Positions 30,264-43,077 of a stretch of 64,000 nt of DNA are shown here, piece by piece (the first letter of the stretch is position 1; every line of letters starts with the position of its first letter). This stretch comes from Eledone cirrhosa (Eukaryota). A program made the position numbers and the translations under genes. The notes beneath the pieces are model-generated. The model made no database searches. It saw only the letters and a list, made by a program, of their open reading frames with translations, and was not told where the DNA came from. The stretch spans positions 55,490,001 through 55,554,000 of the forward strand of contig OZ024742.1 of NCBI GenBank assembly GCA_964016885.1, in the 5' to 3' direction.

Positions 30264-33200
30264 GGTCATGTTTATACGGAACAGGAAGAAAGAAACATAT
30301 GAACGCCCATGCGCAAAATCGGTCACTTCAGCCAAGCGATACAAAGCCACGGGCGAAAGGTGTAATAGAAATAACTGCAAACGTCCGGAAAAGGAAAAAT
30401 GTCCTAGTTGATTAGAAAATTAGAATGTTTTTATTCAATCAAGAGCTTTGTAGTTATGCAAGAGGTGTTTCTAGACATGTGGACACTGTGAAATTTTCAT
30501 TTTACCTGATTTTAGGCAATCGCTATTGCGTAATTTCCTTAGAATATTTATCCTTTCGTCAATACACAGTCCATAAGACAGATTACCCCTTGCGTATGGC
30601 TTGGACTTAGTAATGGCTTTCCATTGAATGGAGTAGTCTATACCTGAGGCTTATATATATATATATATGTGTGCATGTGAGTGAGTGTGTGTGTGTGTGT
30701 GTGTGTGCGCGTGTGTGTGTGTTAATGTGTGTATGTATGTATGTATGTATAGCAATATTGTTATTGTATTTGCTAGGACGTTTCGTTGTACTATTCACGA
30801 ACATGAATACAAATTCAGAGTTAGATTTAAACAATCATAAAATTTCTCTATGTATTCTCCTATGTGCATTACACCAAACACAAATGTCATATACGTAGTA
30901 TTAATTTTTATTCTTATGACTCGATTTTATGCTGTGAACTAGTAGAACGACATGATCTCGAAGAAAGGTATCGTGTAATGTGTATGATACATCACTATTC
31001 ATTCCATCGAACGAAATAAATAAAGCGAATGAATTCGCATAGATACATATTTACAGAATGTCGGTTGATTAGCTTCAAAATACTTACATTTTCTATCACA
31101 TGGTTAGCACAACTTAAAGAATATAAGGATTAACAGAGAAAGGTTAAACCAGCACCATACTACAATACACAGAAGAATACTGCACAAAATATATCAGCTT
31201 CCAAATAACATTTAAATTATATCAGTCACATATATAAATCACTAACTAAATAAAACATAAATTAACCATAGAATATGTGTGTGCGTGCTCGTACTCACGC
31301 ATATGTGTGTGTGAGCGCGTATATGCATGTGTGTGCCTGTGCTTCGTTCTGGGGATTTAAGATTCATGATCAAATGCTTGTTGGTTTCAAACGGGCCATG
31401 TTCTCTTATTCTTTATTTTATCACGATGAAGTCGTATTGCATCACATTTACGTATATGAGAAGACCATCCATAACTCTTATCACATTATTCCAATGCAAA
31501 CTTAATGTGCCTACGATAGAGATGGCGTTTAAAATGTCTTTAAAAGGTTGTCATATATTTCTTCCAATCTATATTTTTACTTTCTCTTCCTTTAACTTAC
31601 TTCACTTCCAACACATATCTTTCCTAAGGCCGTGAATATTAATTTATATTCGCCCTTTCTTCCAAGGCACCTCTCAATCATTCTTGTATCATTTCTGTTC
31701 CCAGAAAATATCCACACCCTCGTTATCGGTGTGTTGGCATAGCCAATGTTTTCACAGGCAATGTTGTGCATACTGTTCAAATTCTTTTGTTTTCTTAAAC
31801 AACTAATTTATCTACTCATCCCAAGTTGAATTTTATGTTCTTCGTCGTACATATTTTAAGTTGCCTTTCCTTTAATAAAGGGACCTTTAATCTCTCGATT
31901 AATTGGATTGTTATTTCCATTCATCTGACTTTGATTTGTTTGTTGATCTTACACTATATTTCTTCAATATGAAATTAGGATACAGGTTTTACTACTTTTA
32001 TTTTCTATAATTTTCCATTTTGGCTGAAATGTATACTTACGTATTATAATATAACCAAAGAAATAACCATAGACATATATACGCGTGTGTGTACATACAC
32101 AAAGTATAGAATTACGTGTAAATCTATTCAGGTCGTTGTATCCGCGTATTCTTTCTCTTGGAAAAGTGCTTAGACTTATTCTCGTTTTATATGCTTACAT
32201 ACATTGTTAATGTTTGCTAACATACTTTTTACTGAACTAAACAGGAAACATCTGATAAATGTTAAACGTTGCATTCATAATGAGACTAATATATTTTACT
32301 TTCGAAATATTTTAAATGTCAGGAATATTTACAATATATTGTTTAAAATAATTTTCTATTCCTAAGGTGCATTCCGTGAGTTGAAAACCTTCAGTATTTG
32401 CATGATCTTTTGTGCGCTATATCGAGGAAATTTCATAGAAATGGTGGAAATATCATTATATTCAAGAACATCCAGTTCAACGAATCAATGTTAAAGTTTA
32501 AAAAGAAATTTGCAATGAATAGAAACAAAGAAAAGAGAAAAAAAAACGTAACAGGGTAATAGGGAAGGAAAAATGGCGTTTCAGAATAAAGTAAAAATAG
32601 AAGTAAAAACATTTTTGAACTTGCAGCTATGTACATTAGCCATCCTCTTACTCTACACTAAATTGATCCGAAATAAAGCCAGGAATTCCATTCAGAAAAA
32701 GTTGATTCCTTCGAAAGTGATATACTAATACTTATCTTTACAAAAGTTGATTAAATATAACGTGTATTGCCAAAAACTATTTAAATCACTCCCTTTCTTA
32801 TATGTATTCGATGGTAAGGATTTTTATTTTATCCCACAGGGGTAAAATATAAGGTGAACATATATTTTAAGGTGGTTTATCTATTATTTTTAATTTTTTC
32901 CGGATTCACAGGTTCCATGATTTTTAAAAGTTGAGAGAGATGAAGAGCTGTGTTGCTATGCCGTCATGTAACTCACATTTACTGATGCTGGGAATTTCAT
33001 TCAGTTTTATGCAAACAAAGGGATTCAGATTATTTGATGTGCAATTTGATAGGTTGGGGAAAATCGCGGGATTAAGCAAATTTCTGGTAAATTCGCGACA
33101 AAAATCAGACGTGCCATAGTTTGTTTTGCATAAAAAGTGGCTCAAGTTTGATGTACAACTTGATTGGCTGAGTATCATCACCTGAGTAGGCATCGAAATT

Positions 33201-33474
33201 ATTGGCCCCAAAACACGGGAGTCTCCTATTTTACTGAACAGTAGCAATTCATGCTTGTCTTTCGTGTGTTCTATAGTCAAGGGAAGGTGGTATTTGTGGC
33301 AATCCCTAAAATTCAAAACTACCGCGAATTTATATATGTCAGTGCGTGTGTGTGTGTGTGTGTAGGTAGTTGTTTGTTTCCTGCTACGTCCGAGTAACAA
33401 TTACAATAACAACAATAAAAATAGCAATAAAAATTGCAATAAAAATAATAATTTTTATTATTACCATTAATGAT

Positions 33475-33890
33475 GGATTGGCAGTATCGGTAGGGGGTTG
33501 GACGTATTATTTGCAGCATAGAGTTACGTCCCTTTATGTTCTGAGTTCAAATTCCGCCAAGGTTAACTTTGCCTTTCATCCTTATGGGGTCGATAAAATA
33601 AAGTATCAGTCACGCACTGGGGTCGATTTAATCGACTTTCTCCGCCCTCCAAATTGCTGGCCTTGTGCCAATATAAGAAACCATTATTCCCATTAACATC
33701 AGGGTGATGATTTCGTAGAATCGGTTGATCGTCGAAACCATGCTTTGTGGCACAGAGTTATGGCCCCTTATGTTCTGAGTTCAATTCCCCCCGAGGTTAT
33801 CTTTGCCATTCATCTTTCCGGATGAAAGGCCAAGTTAATTTCGTAACCTCTAACGAACTCGCTGGTCTTGTGCCTAAATAAGAAAACATT
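33475..33890 (+). mobile_element. Two adjacent SINE copies (33475-33690; 33710-33890)
   Basis: Both carry GTTCAAATTCC followed by the core. Confidence 0.85.
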
Positions 33891-35173
33891 TTTACCACTA
33901 ACATCAGTATCAAAATAACAACTATAATAATAATAATCCAATCCGTGTGGGAGTATACTTGTGTGTGCCTGTGTGCGTGCGGGAATGTAGCAATAGCGAT
34001 TTATTATCTTCTCTGTTCGAGGCACAGAATGTCCTGTGATAACATGATGACAATGTCAACAACAATAGTAATAATAATGATGTTAATAATTTCATCACAC
34101 ACTCACACACGCTCACGTAAATTTCTTCACTTTTCTAATGGAATTATTAACATCATTGTTATGAAATCATTTTTATTAAAATAAATAAAATAAATCATTA
34201 TCATTGCTATTGTTATTGCTATTAAATTATGTTATCACATGATCCTCTGTACTCGATCAGAAAAGAGAATAAATCGCAATTGCTGCACACACATGCAAAC
34301 ACATACACACAAGCCCTGTTAGATATGGCATGGGGGTGTTTTGGATGTATTCAACAGGAAACGCATCAACATGTGTAAAATATATTCGACACAGCGTTGC
34401 AAAAAAAAAATTGATAATCGAGACGATTTCTGAAAACCCCAAGTCATTAGAAAATTAAATGATAAATTATTTTGTATGAACTAATTTCGTTTGTCGCGCA
34501 CTCTAAATGCCTATGTATATAAAAATAACCTTTTATTTTACTCCCACACACACCTATATATATATATTCTACTTTTCTTCTCAATACATCTAGCCTCCAT
34601 GCTTTAATCCACCAACACTGCGTCAACACTGAAATACTCACACACGCTTAGATACCGTACACATACCAGAAAATAACTTTAACCCACTTATTTATAAACA
34701 AATACGTAGAAATGCACACATACACACACACATACATCAGCGCATTTACACAATCATTTCTCTCCATGCGTTTTATTGTGATGACTTGACAACTGTAACA
34801 TTTTTGTTGTTAATTTCAAAATTAGTTAATCCAGCTTGAATGTCGTTTTAAAGCTTTGTCACCATTTCTTATATATATTTGATACATACACATACAAAAT
34901 ACATTCATTTACACTTGAATACCTTCACGAATTATGTATAGACATTCTTACGTATATATATATACAGTAATATACATAAAAAAATTAAAAACTACATACT
35001 TGTATGTCTCCTTTTTTCTATTTTATAATTCTTTCTAAGCTTTCTACTTGTACTCTCTCGACGAAGGGCCAAAGCCTGGTAGGTTGAAATTCATTTTTCT
35101 CTCTTTCATCCGAAACCTGAATCTAATAACACTAATTGTATTTCTATCCCTGTGTTTGTCATTTTATATTATA

Positions 35174-35225
<52 letters not shown>

Positions 35226-35227
<2 letters not shown>

Positions 35228-35415
35228 CGAAGGAAATGTGGTAAGGAACCAGGTGGACCATAACGCACCAAAGTACTCAATACTTAGGGTAGTAGAGTGG
35301 GTAATAGGAACAAGTAAGACACCGACGGCTGAGCTCAAGCCGTTTCGACGGCTAATTCTGTACAGAATTAGCCGTCGAAACGGCTTGAGCTTAGCCGTCG
35401 GGGTCTTACTTGTTG

Positions 35416-35417
<2 letters not shown>
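35226..35417. mobile_element. Short asymmetric-hairpin element in (TA)n (family C, copy 1)
   Basis: Palindrome 35306-35417 plus an ~80-nt tail. Contains GAAA-CGGCT/AGCCG-TC, the 3' half of an HHR. Homologs at 38527 and 52898. Confidence 0.85.
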
Positions 35418-35472
<55 letters not shown>

Positions 35473-35539
35473 CAAATAACGAAACGAAATTAAATTTCGT
35501 TTCGTTTGTAACTCACTTTTGTATGACTGACTTAACTTA

Positions 35540-35574
<35 letters not shown>

Positions 35575-35580
<6 letters not shown>

Positions 35581-36060
35581 ATACTTTGGGAGGGTCATGT
35601 TGCCAATAAGAAACACGCGCACCAGTTACTTTCACTTCAATTTATTATAATAAATTTATAAATTTAGGAATTTATAAATTTCCGGGTGGTTGGTTGGTTC
35701 CACAACCAGATGGTTGTTTATATATTGTCAAAGTTCTTTCGTCACACATTCTGTGACCTCTTCAGTAACTGGGGATTCTTTTATTTGTTTTTGTGCCTCT
35801 CCTTTGCTATGTCTAAGAAGAGGTCACAGAAAGTGTGACGAAAGAACTTTGACAATATATGTACAACCATCTGGTTGTGGAACCAACGAACCAACCGGAA
35901 ATTTATACATTCCTAAATTTATAAATTTATTATAATAAATTGAAGTGAAAGAACTGGTGCGTGTGTTTCTTATTGGCAACATGACCCTCCCAAAGTATAA
36001 CAATATCGGTTTCAACACACGTTTTCAGATAAAGAATCTTGCTAAACAAATTCAGAAACG

Positions 36061-36062
<2 letters not shown>
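35575..36062. mobile_element. Two-armed PLE pLTR insertion with HHR
   Basis: Inverted arms ~35575-35762 and ~35817-36004, with a ~57-nt tail on the right arm. The terminus ATGACCCTCCC-AAGTATAACAAT is shared with 27581 and 29783. Confidence 0.85.
35727..35769 (-). ncRNA. Minimal hammerhead ribozyme
   Basis: GUUA-CUGAAGA-G-GUCAC/GUGAC-GAAA-GAACU-U-UGAC. All core nucleotides are present. Confidence 0.72.
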
Positions 36063-36114
<52 letters not shown>

Positions 36115-36317
36115 AAGGTATATATTGAGTTAGGAACTCAAAATAGTCTCTTACAATAAAATACCTAGAAGAATATGGCAGAAAATAGCCTATGGCAGAA
36201 AATAGCTAGACCCAGGACACCATAGTGAAATACCAATATATGGAACATTACATTCATGTAACCATCTTTCTTTACCTTAATTTATATTCCTTATCAATAT
36301 TTTCATTATCTCTTTTG

Positions 36318-36440
36318 AAGTTCCGATGAACTGCTCAATTTTTACCTAAGTTAATTATCTTCATCTGAACCAGTTCAATAATGATCTATAATCATTTGAT
36401 CCAGAAATATTATATGGAGTAGCGAAACAATTGTAAACGG
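36318..36440 (+). ncRNA. Degenerate hammerhead motif with long stem II
   Basis: CCGAUGA (U4 changed), CUGCUC/GAGUAG stem II, GAAA-CAAUUG-UA with palindromic stem III. Confidence 0.45.
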
Positions 36441-36559
36441 ACGTTATTAGTATTATTATTATTATTATTATTCCTTTCATTTCTTACATTAAACTACAAC
36501 TATGTTGACAATCTTTAAATAATGCCTTCCTTGTGAAATTTTTTTTATTTATTATTATT

Positions 36560-36670
36560 ATTAGAAATGTAAGCTATCGCCGTATTTTGACTAAATAAAT
36601 TAAAGAAATTATTTAGCCTGATAGTGGGGTTAAGAACCCTTGAAGAAATGGAAAAAGATGAGTATTGACG
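36560..36670 (-). mobile_element. Diverged relative of the tRNA-headed tandem-unit family
   Basis: TTAGAAAT..AAGCT..CCGTATTTT.GACTAAA..AGCCTGATAGTGGGGTT..AACCCT..AGAAATGGAAAAAGATGAGT matches 29853-29955. Confidence 0.8.
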
Positions 36671-36702
36671 CGCGCACACACGCACACGCACACACACACA
36701 CA

Positions 36703-36810
<108 letters not shown>

Positions 36811-38255
36811 TGTTTGTGTGTGTATATATATATATATATACCTACATACACACACATGTATATATATACACACACACACACGCACACACACACACAGACA
36901 CCCATACACAGATATATATGTATAGTCGATCAACAATAGATCGTTCCTCGATATATATGTATAGTCGATCAATAATAGAACGTTCCTCGAGCTGATCGAC
37001 AGTGAAACATATTTAATATATTATTAAATATCTTAAGATGCAACACTGATTCTTTGTTCCTTTATTTAGTACTATTTATACTCTGCTTCCCAGGAACATC
37101 GAGTGCTCACCCGGCACACCGCATACGGACGCAATTAACTTACACCTCTACACCTATATATATATATATTTGATAACTTTGTATTCATGTGTGTGTATAT
37201 GATTTACACGTTACAAATATGACACGCCTGTATACATAGAGTAGATTTTCATTTATTTTTAAATTATATCAATAACGGCGTTTGCTAGTAATATGAATTA
37301 GGGCGTTAAGAGCTGAAAATCAAAAAGCACTTATGTGTATTTTAATACTGTTCAGTGTTAGTTTGAAAAGAATGTTGATTTTCTTTTGTTGACAGATGAT
37401 TGACAGATGAACTGGGTGTAATAAAGCGACATATCTTTTTGTTTCCAATGTTTATTTGCATGGAGTTGTTCGTTTTCCTGTACGTTTGAAGGATGGAGTT
37501 TTCTTACGCTTATTTCTGGTTCAGTGTAATGTTCGTTTGACATTTCGAGAAGTGCGTTTTTGTGGTAGCCGTAAATGGTGGTGGATACGTTTCGTATGTT
37601 TTTTAAAATTAGATTATGCTTGAACGTGAGGAGTGTTCGTGTATAACATATCTATCAATTATTCAAACTGAGCGTAAACTAAAGGATGATATTAAGTGTA
37701 CTTTTATACACTAGAGATTGGATGGACAACCATGCATACGCATATACACAGAAATATTCCGATTTATAACACGTATCAATATTTTATTCATATTTTATTT
37801 ACCCAAAATCTTAGCCAATTTCTGCAAGGTAATCTGATAATTTCAGGTATTTTGTACATACTATATGATATATGGGTGTATTTTACATATATTCACTAGC
37901 ATAAAAGTACATATTCACTGATTAAGGGAAAATAATCTTTTAAATGTCGGCATAGGAAAACTCAAGTATGCTTTTTTTTCTGTATGTGTGCGAAGGAATA
38001 CTCAAAAGTGTTTAAACTTTTCAGCTCGTTAGTTTACGGCTGAGAACTCTAAAACTGCCAAGATATTTTTCTGATATATCGAAGTCATTGGTCACAAGTC
38101 AATCATAAAAATAATAATCGTACAGATCTATAAGTTGCCAGGTTGCCCAATGCCAAGTGGGCCCCAAAGAGCCCACGTTTGCATTGCAGGAACCCACGGT
38201 AGCATTGCATAACCCACTGTAGTATTCTATGGGCAAATGTTTTGCTTTAAAAAAA

Positions 38256-38469
38256 TACCTGAAGTCTAAGAGAAAGAATAACATTTTTTAAAAGATAAAT
38301 AAAACAATTAATAGACACACTTCACACACACACAAGTATATATGTTTATATATATATATATATATATATAAAAATATATATATATGCTTGTGTCTGTGTG
38401 TGTGTCAGGTGTGTCTATTAATTGTGTTATTTATCTTTAAAAAAATGTTATTCTTTCTCTTATTCTTCT

Positions 38470-38472
<3 letters not shown>
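38256..38472. repeat. Inverted repeat centred on (TA)n
   Basis: 38256-38345 is the reverse complement of ~38380-38472. Confidence 0.8.
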
Positions 38473-38779
<307 letters not shown>

Positions 38780-39251
38780 TATATATATAACCAAAGATTA
38801 ATATGGTTCATTGATTACTCAATGAATATAGTTTTACAATAGATTAAAAGCACTCTACAATGAAGTTTTCTGGAGTTATTAATATTATTCAGAATATTAA
38901 AAAATGAAGACATACACATAATCAAAATATATGTTTTATTATATATATTTAGTAGGTACTGTGCTGTTTTTAAGTACATCCTCGTCAGATCGAATACATG
39001 AATTGATGTATGACATAACTCAACGGTCTAGATGGTTCAATTCCAGTATTGGCAGTGGTTTATTACAACAAATCTCAACATTTATATACCACAAATAATA
39101 ACATGTTAAACTTAAATTTAATGAAGAAGTGGATGTGGAGCGAGAAATGGGTATAAGCAGTAGGTGAGTATGAGGAAATGCAAGAATAAAATAAATAAAT
39201 ACATACATAAATATTTAAATGCGTAAATATAGGTATTAGGGAAGAGAAAGG

Positions 39252-39323
<72 letters not shown>

Positions 39324-40033
39324 AGAAGAAAGAAAAAAGAAAAAAAGAAAAAAAGAAAAAAAGAAAAAAAGAAAAAAGAAAAAAAGAAAAAAAGAAAAAA
39401 GAAAGAAATAACGGCAAAAAAGAAGGAAAGAGAAATGATGCGTGACCGTTGCTTTCAAATATTAAGTCAAATAGAAGCGACCAATTAAATACCATGAAAT
39501 TTGTTAATATCTTTTGTATTTGGTTATGTTTAAGCTAATTATACTAATATATTATATCAAAATTAAACAATATAAAAATATTTTCTATGGTAATCAGAAC
39601 CAGTTTCGCTTTTCCAATCATAACCATTCGATAAAAAATGTTCTACATCACTATCACAATTAATATGGTCTTTAAAAGCGAAAAATATTAAATACTCAAT
39701 TTCTTGGAGTAAATTAAAGATCTCTGATTCCTACCGGAACGCTTCCATTTCACCAAAATTGCAATCTTTGCAATTTAGAGACTCTATTAATAATTACAAA
39801 TTATGGTAATTTAATTAATAAGAAAAAAGAATTATTCGGAAGCTGTCTACATAATTCTGGAAGAACCTTTGAAGCATTATACAAATTTCGAAAAAAATAT
39901 TGACTGTTAATAATTCTTGAAATATTATTATTATTATTATTATTATTGTTATTGTTATTCCTTGAATCTCAGTCATTGATGTTGGTTAACTGGAAAGTCC
40001 GTTGGATTGAATATCAAGCCACTACCTGCAGCC

Positions 40034-41014
40034 TCAGATATTCAGGACGTATCGGAGGGTTCTTGCCGTTCCAAGCAAGCATGCCTTTTGAAGCGTTCCA
40101 AAAAGCGTGAAGGGGCCGATTTTCTTTAACCATCCCTGGAAACCTTTGGAGATAGTCCCCAGTGCGCCTATGACAATCGGGATCACTTTGACTTCATGGC
40201 AGTTCCAAATCCTTTTCACCTCCCACTTTAGGTCCTGGTATCGGTTAATTTTCTCCCTCTCCTTCTCTTGCACTCTCGTGTCGAACGGGCAGGCCACATC
40301 CACAATCAGGCACGATCTTTTTTCTTTGTCCACAACCACCAGGTCAGGTCTATTGTGTTCCAGTTTTTTGTCCGTCTGTATCCTAAAATCCCACAGCACC
40401 TTCACCTGACTGTTCTCCATCACCGCCTCTGGCCTATGCTCATACCATTTCTCAGAATGTGGTAGATTGTTTACTTTGCACAGGTGCCAGTGGATCACCC
40501 TGCCCATCACATCGTGTCTCCAGCCCTTATAGTGGGTCTGGGCTAGGTGTTTACACTCGGACACAATGTGAGCCACAGTCTCCTCTCTCTCTCCACAGAT
40601 CCTGCACAGTGGGCTAGCCTCCTCCTTGTAGATATGGTGCTTCAACCACTTCGTTTTGAGGGCCTGCTCCTGCGCAGCCATTAGCATTCCTTCTGTAGCC
40701 TTTTTGAGGTCTCCTCTTCTCAACCAGTTCCATGTCTGTGGATCTCTAAATTCAGTTTTCTCAAAGAAGGTACTATGAAGGGATTTTCCCTTAAGGCTGC
40801 TCTTCCTCCTTGATGTTATTTCCTCCTTGGGTATCCCCTGGCCTACTGTCCCCTCCTTCAGTACAGCTCTGAGCATTGGCTCCTTACTATAGGTCACGTA
40901 TTTGTATAGGTTGTTTTTCTCCATCTGAACACAGTCCTCTATGCTGATAAGACCTCTTCCACCCTCAGATCTCCTTAGGTAGAGTCTATCGACATCACTC
41001 CTCTTGTGGAACAT
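40034..41014 (-). CDS. R4/Dong-clade non-LTR retrotransposon ORF, 5'-truncated (post-RT region, CCHC knuckle, PD-(D/E)xK RLE)
   Basis: LYLRRSEGGRGL, CRICGEREETVAHIVSEC, RHD, RPDLVVVD..IVDVACP..KEREKINRY and IPIVIGALG. 326 codons uninterrupted. Flanked by (ATT)n on both sides, the known (TAA)n target of Dong. Confidence 0.93.
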   Translation of the reverse strand: MFHKRSDVDRLYLRRSEGGRGLISIEDCVQMEKNNLYKYVTYSKEPMLRAVLKEGTVGQGIPKEEITSRRKSSLKGKSLHSTFFEKTEFRDPQTWNWLRRGDLKKATEGMLMAAQEQALKTKWLKHHIYKEEASPLCRICGEREETVAHIVSECKHLAQTHYKGWRHDVMGRVIHWHLCKVNNLPHSEKWYEHRPEAVMENSQVKVLWDFRIQTDKKLEHNRPDLVVVDKEKRSCLIVDVACPFDTRVQEKEREKINRYQDLKWEVKRIWNCHEVKVIPIVIGALGTISKGFQGWLKKIGPFTLFGTLQKACLLGTARTLRYVLNI

Positions 41015-41025
41015 GTTGTAGATAG

Positions 41026-41068
<43 letters not shown>

Positions 41069-41077
41069 GGGGGGTTT

Positions 41078-41195
41078 CTGTGGCAGTATCAGTAGAGGGT
41101 CTGACGCCATGCTTTGCAGAAAAGAGTTACGGCCCTATATGATCTGAGTTCAAATCCCACTGAAGTTAACTTTCACCCTGATGCGGTCGTTAAAT
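41078..41195 (+). mobile_element. SINE subfamily with internal deletion
   Basis: TGGCAGTATC..GTTCAAATCCCACTGAAGTTAACTTTCA. Same variant as 46810-46990. Confidence 0.8.
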
Positions 41196-41769
41196 ATCGT
41201 TATACATATTTAATAGGTATTTAAACTTGCTTTAAACATAAACATGTTTTTGAATATTGTAACAAAATATTTAGTAAATATATTACTTAATTAAACTATG
41301 GTCCTGATTGGTATAGAAAATATTTTTATGTTGTTTAATTTGATACGATATATTAGTTTAATTAGCTTAAACATAACCAAATACAAAAGATATTTTAAAA
41401 TGTCATGGTATTTAAATGGTCACTTCTATTTGACTTAATATCACACATCTTTTCTATTTCTTTTTTGCCGTTATTTCTTCTTATCTCTTCTATCTTTCTT
41501 CTTATCTCTTCTGTCTCTCTCTCTCTCCCTTTTTCTTCCCTAATACGTATATTTATGTATGTATGCATTTATTTATATTCTTCTTGCATTTCCTCATACT
41601 CATCCCCTCATTATACCCATTTCTCGCTCCACATCCACTTCTTCATTAAATTTACGTTTATCATGTTATTATTTGTGGTATATAAATATTGAGATTTGTT
41701 GTAATAAATCACTGGCAATACTGTAATTGAACAATCAAGACTGTTGAGCTATGTCATACATCAATCATA

Positions 41770-41840
41770 TATTTTATCTGACGAGGACGTACTAAAAATA
41801 CAGCACAGTACCTTCGAAATATATGCAATAAAGCATATAT
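41770..41840 (+). ncRNA. Hammerhead ribozyme in PLE 3' end
   Basis: UAUUUUAU-CUGACGA-GGAC-GUACU/AGUAC-CUUC-GAAA-UAUAUGCA-AUAAAG. Confidence 0.7.
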
Positions 41841-42717
41841 TTTGATTATGTGTATGTCTTCATTTATTAATATTCTGAATAATATATATATATATATATA
41901 CATGAAGTCAAAGCTTAACTTATGGAAGGACACTAGTGAAGTCATAGATTGGTTTAAGAACATCGAAAATAAGAAAAATCATAAATGTATTCAAATGGAC
42001 ATAGCGAGTTACTACTCATCTATAACTCCTAACCTTTTGAATAAGGCTTTATCTTACGCATATAAACACACTGATCTATCTAGTGAAGAGATTAATATCA
42101 TTTTAACGGCTAGACGAACCTTGATTAATTTTAATAAGGATTTTTGGACTCGTTCGGAAAGGCAGAAGAATTTCGATATTACCATGGGATCGTCCGATTC
42201 TGCCCAGATTACAGATCTTCTGGGAATTTTTATCCTTATTATGATAAATAGAAAACTGCCGGAGATTACCGGTGGTTTATATAGAGATGATATATTATTT
42301 ACTGTAGCAATAGTGAACTAAACAGAGTAAAGAAAACAATTGTAGAATTCTTTAAAAATTACGACCTGAAATTAGAAGTAGAAATTAAAAGTAAAGTAGT
42401 TAACTTCCTAGACGTAAGGCTTAATTTAAACTAAAGCCTTTATTACCCTTTCCATAAACCCAATGAAAACATAAATTATGTTAGTTTTTATTCAAATCCT
42501 CCTAAATGTATTAAAAATGCAATAGTCAATAGTGTTCAACAACGTTTAACTAGATTATATGCTAACAAATCCATTTTTAAGTGTAAAGCTGGATATTATA
42601 ATGAAGCGTTGCATAAGGCAGGATATAACAATAATATTGAATATGTAGAAAATAATAATTGTAATTATAAACTAAATATTCATAATAATAGGAATAATAT
42701 AAATGAAGATGACTGTA

Positions 42718-43077
42718 AAAATAAAAATAAAAATAAAAATAAAAATAAAAATAAAAATAAAAATAAAAATAAAAATAAAAATAAAAATAAAAATAAAAAT
42801 AAAAATAAAAATAAAAATAAAAATAAAAATAAAAATAAAAATAAAAATAAAAATAAAAATAAAAATAAAAATAAAAATAAAAATAAAAATAAAAATAAAA
42901 ATAAAAATAAAAATAAAAATAAAAATAAAAATAAAAATAAAAATAAAAGTAAAAGTAAAAATAAAAATAAAAATAAAAATAAAAATAAAAATAAAAATAA
43001 AAATAAAAATAAAAATAAAAATAAAAATAAAAATAAAAATAAAAATAAAAATGAAAATGAAAATAAAAATAAAAATT
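42718..43077 (+). repeat. (AAAAAT)n hexamer array inside the PLE ORF
   Basis: ~360 bp, about 60 units, reading (NK)n in the PLE frame. Confidence 0.97.

Larger units (their letters stand above)
38790..41885 (+). mobile_element. Naiad-type PLE insertion: inverted tail-bearing arm (38790-39600) plus sense arm (EN C-terminus 39600-39905 and 3' UTR), with nested Dong LINE and SINE
   Basis: 38878-39600 is an inverted copy of ~41298-41885. 39605-39905 is homologous to 43650-43965. HHR motifs at 38930-38990 (-) and 41770-41840 (+). Confidence 0.85.

Noticed and set aside
32924-33400. 158-aa minus-strand ORF in moderately complex sequence
   Set aside because: No recognisable motif. It begins in a microsatellite and may be a decayed TE.
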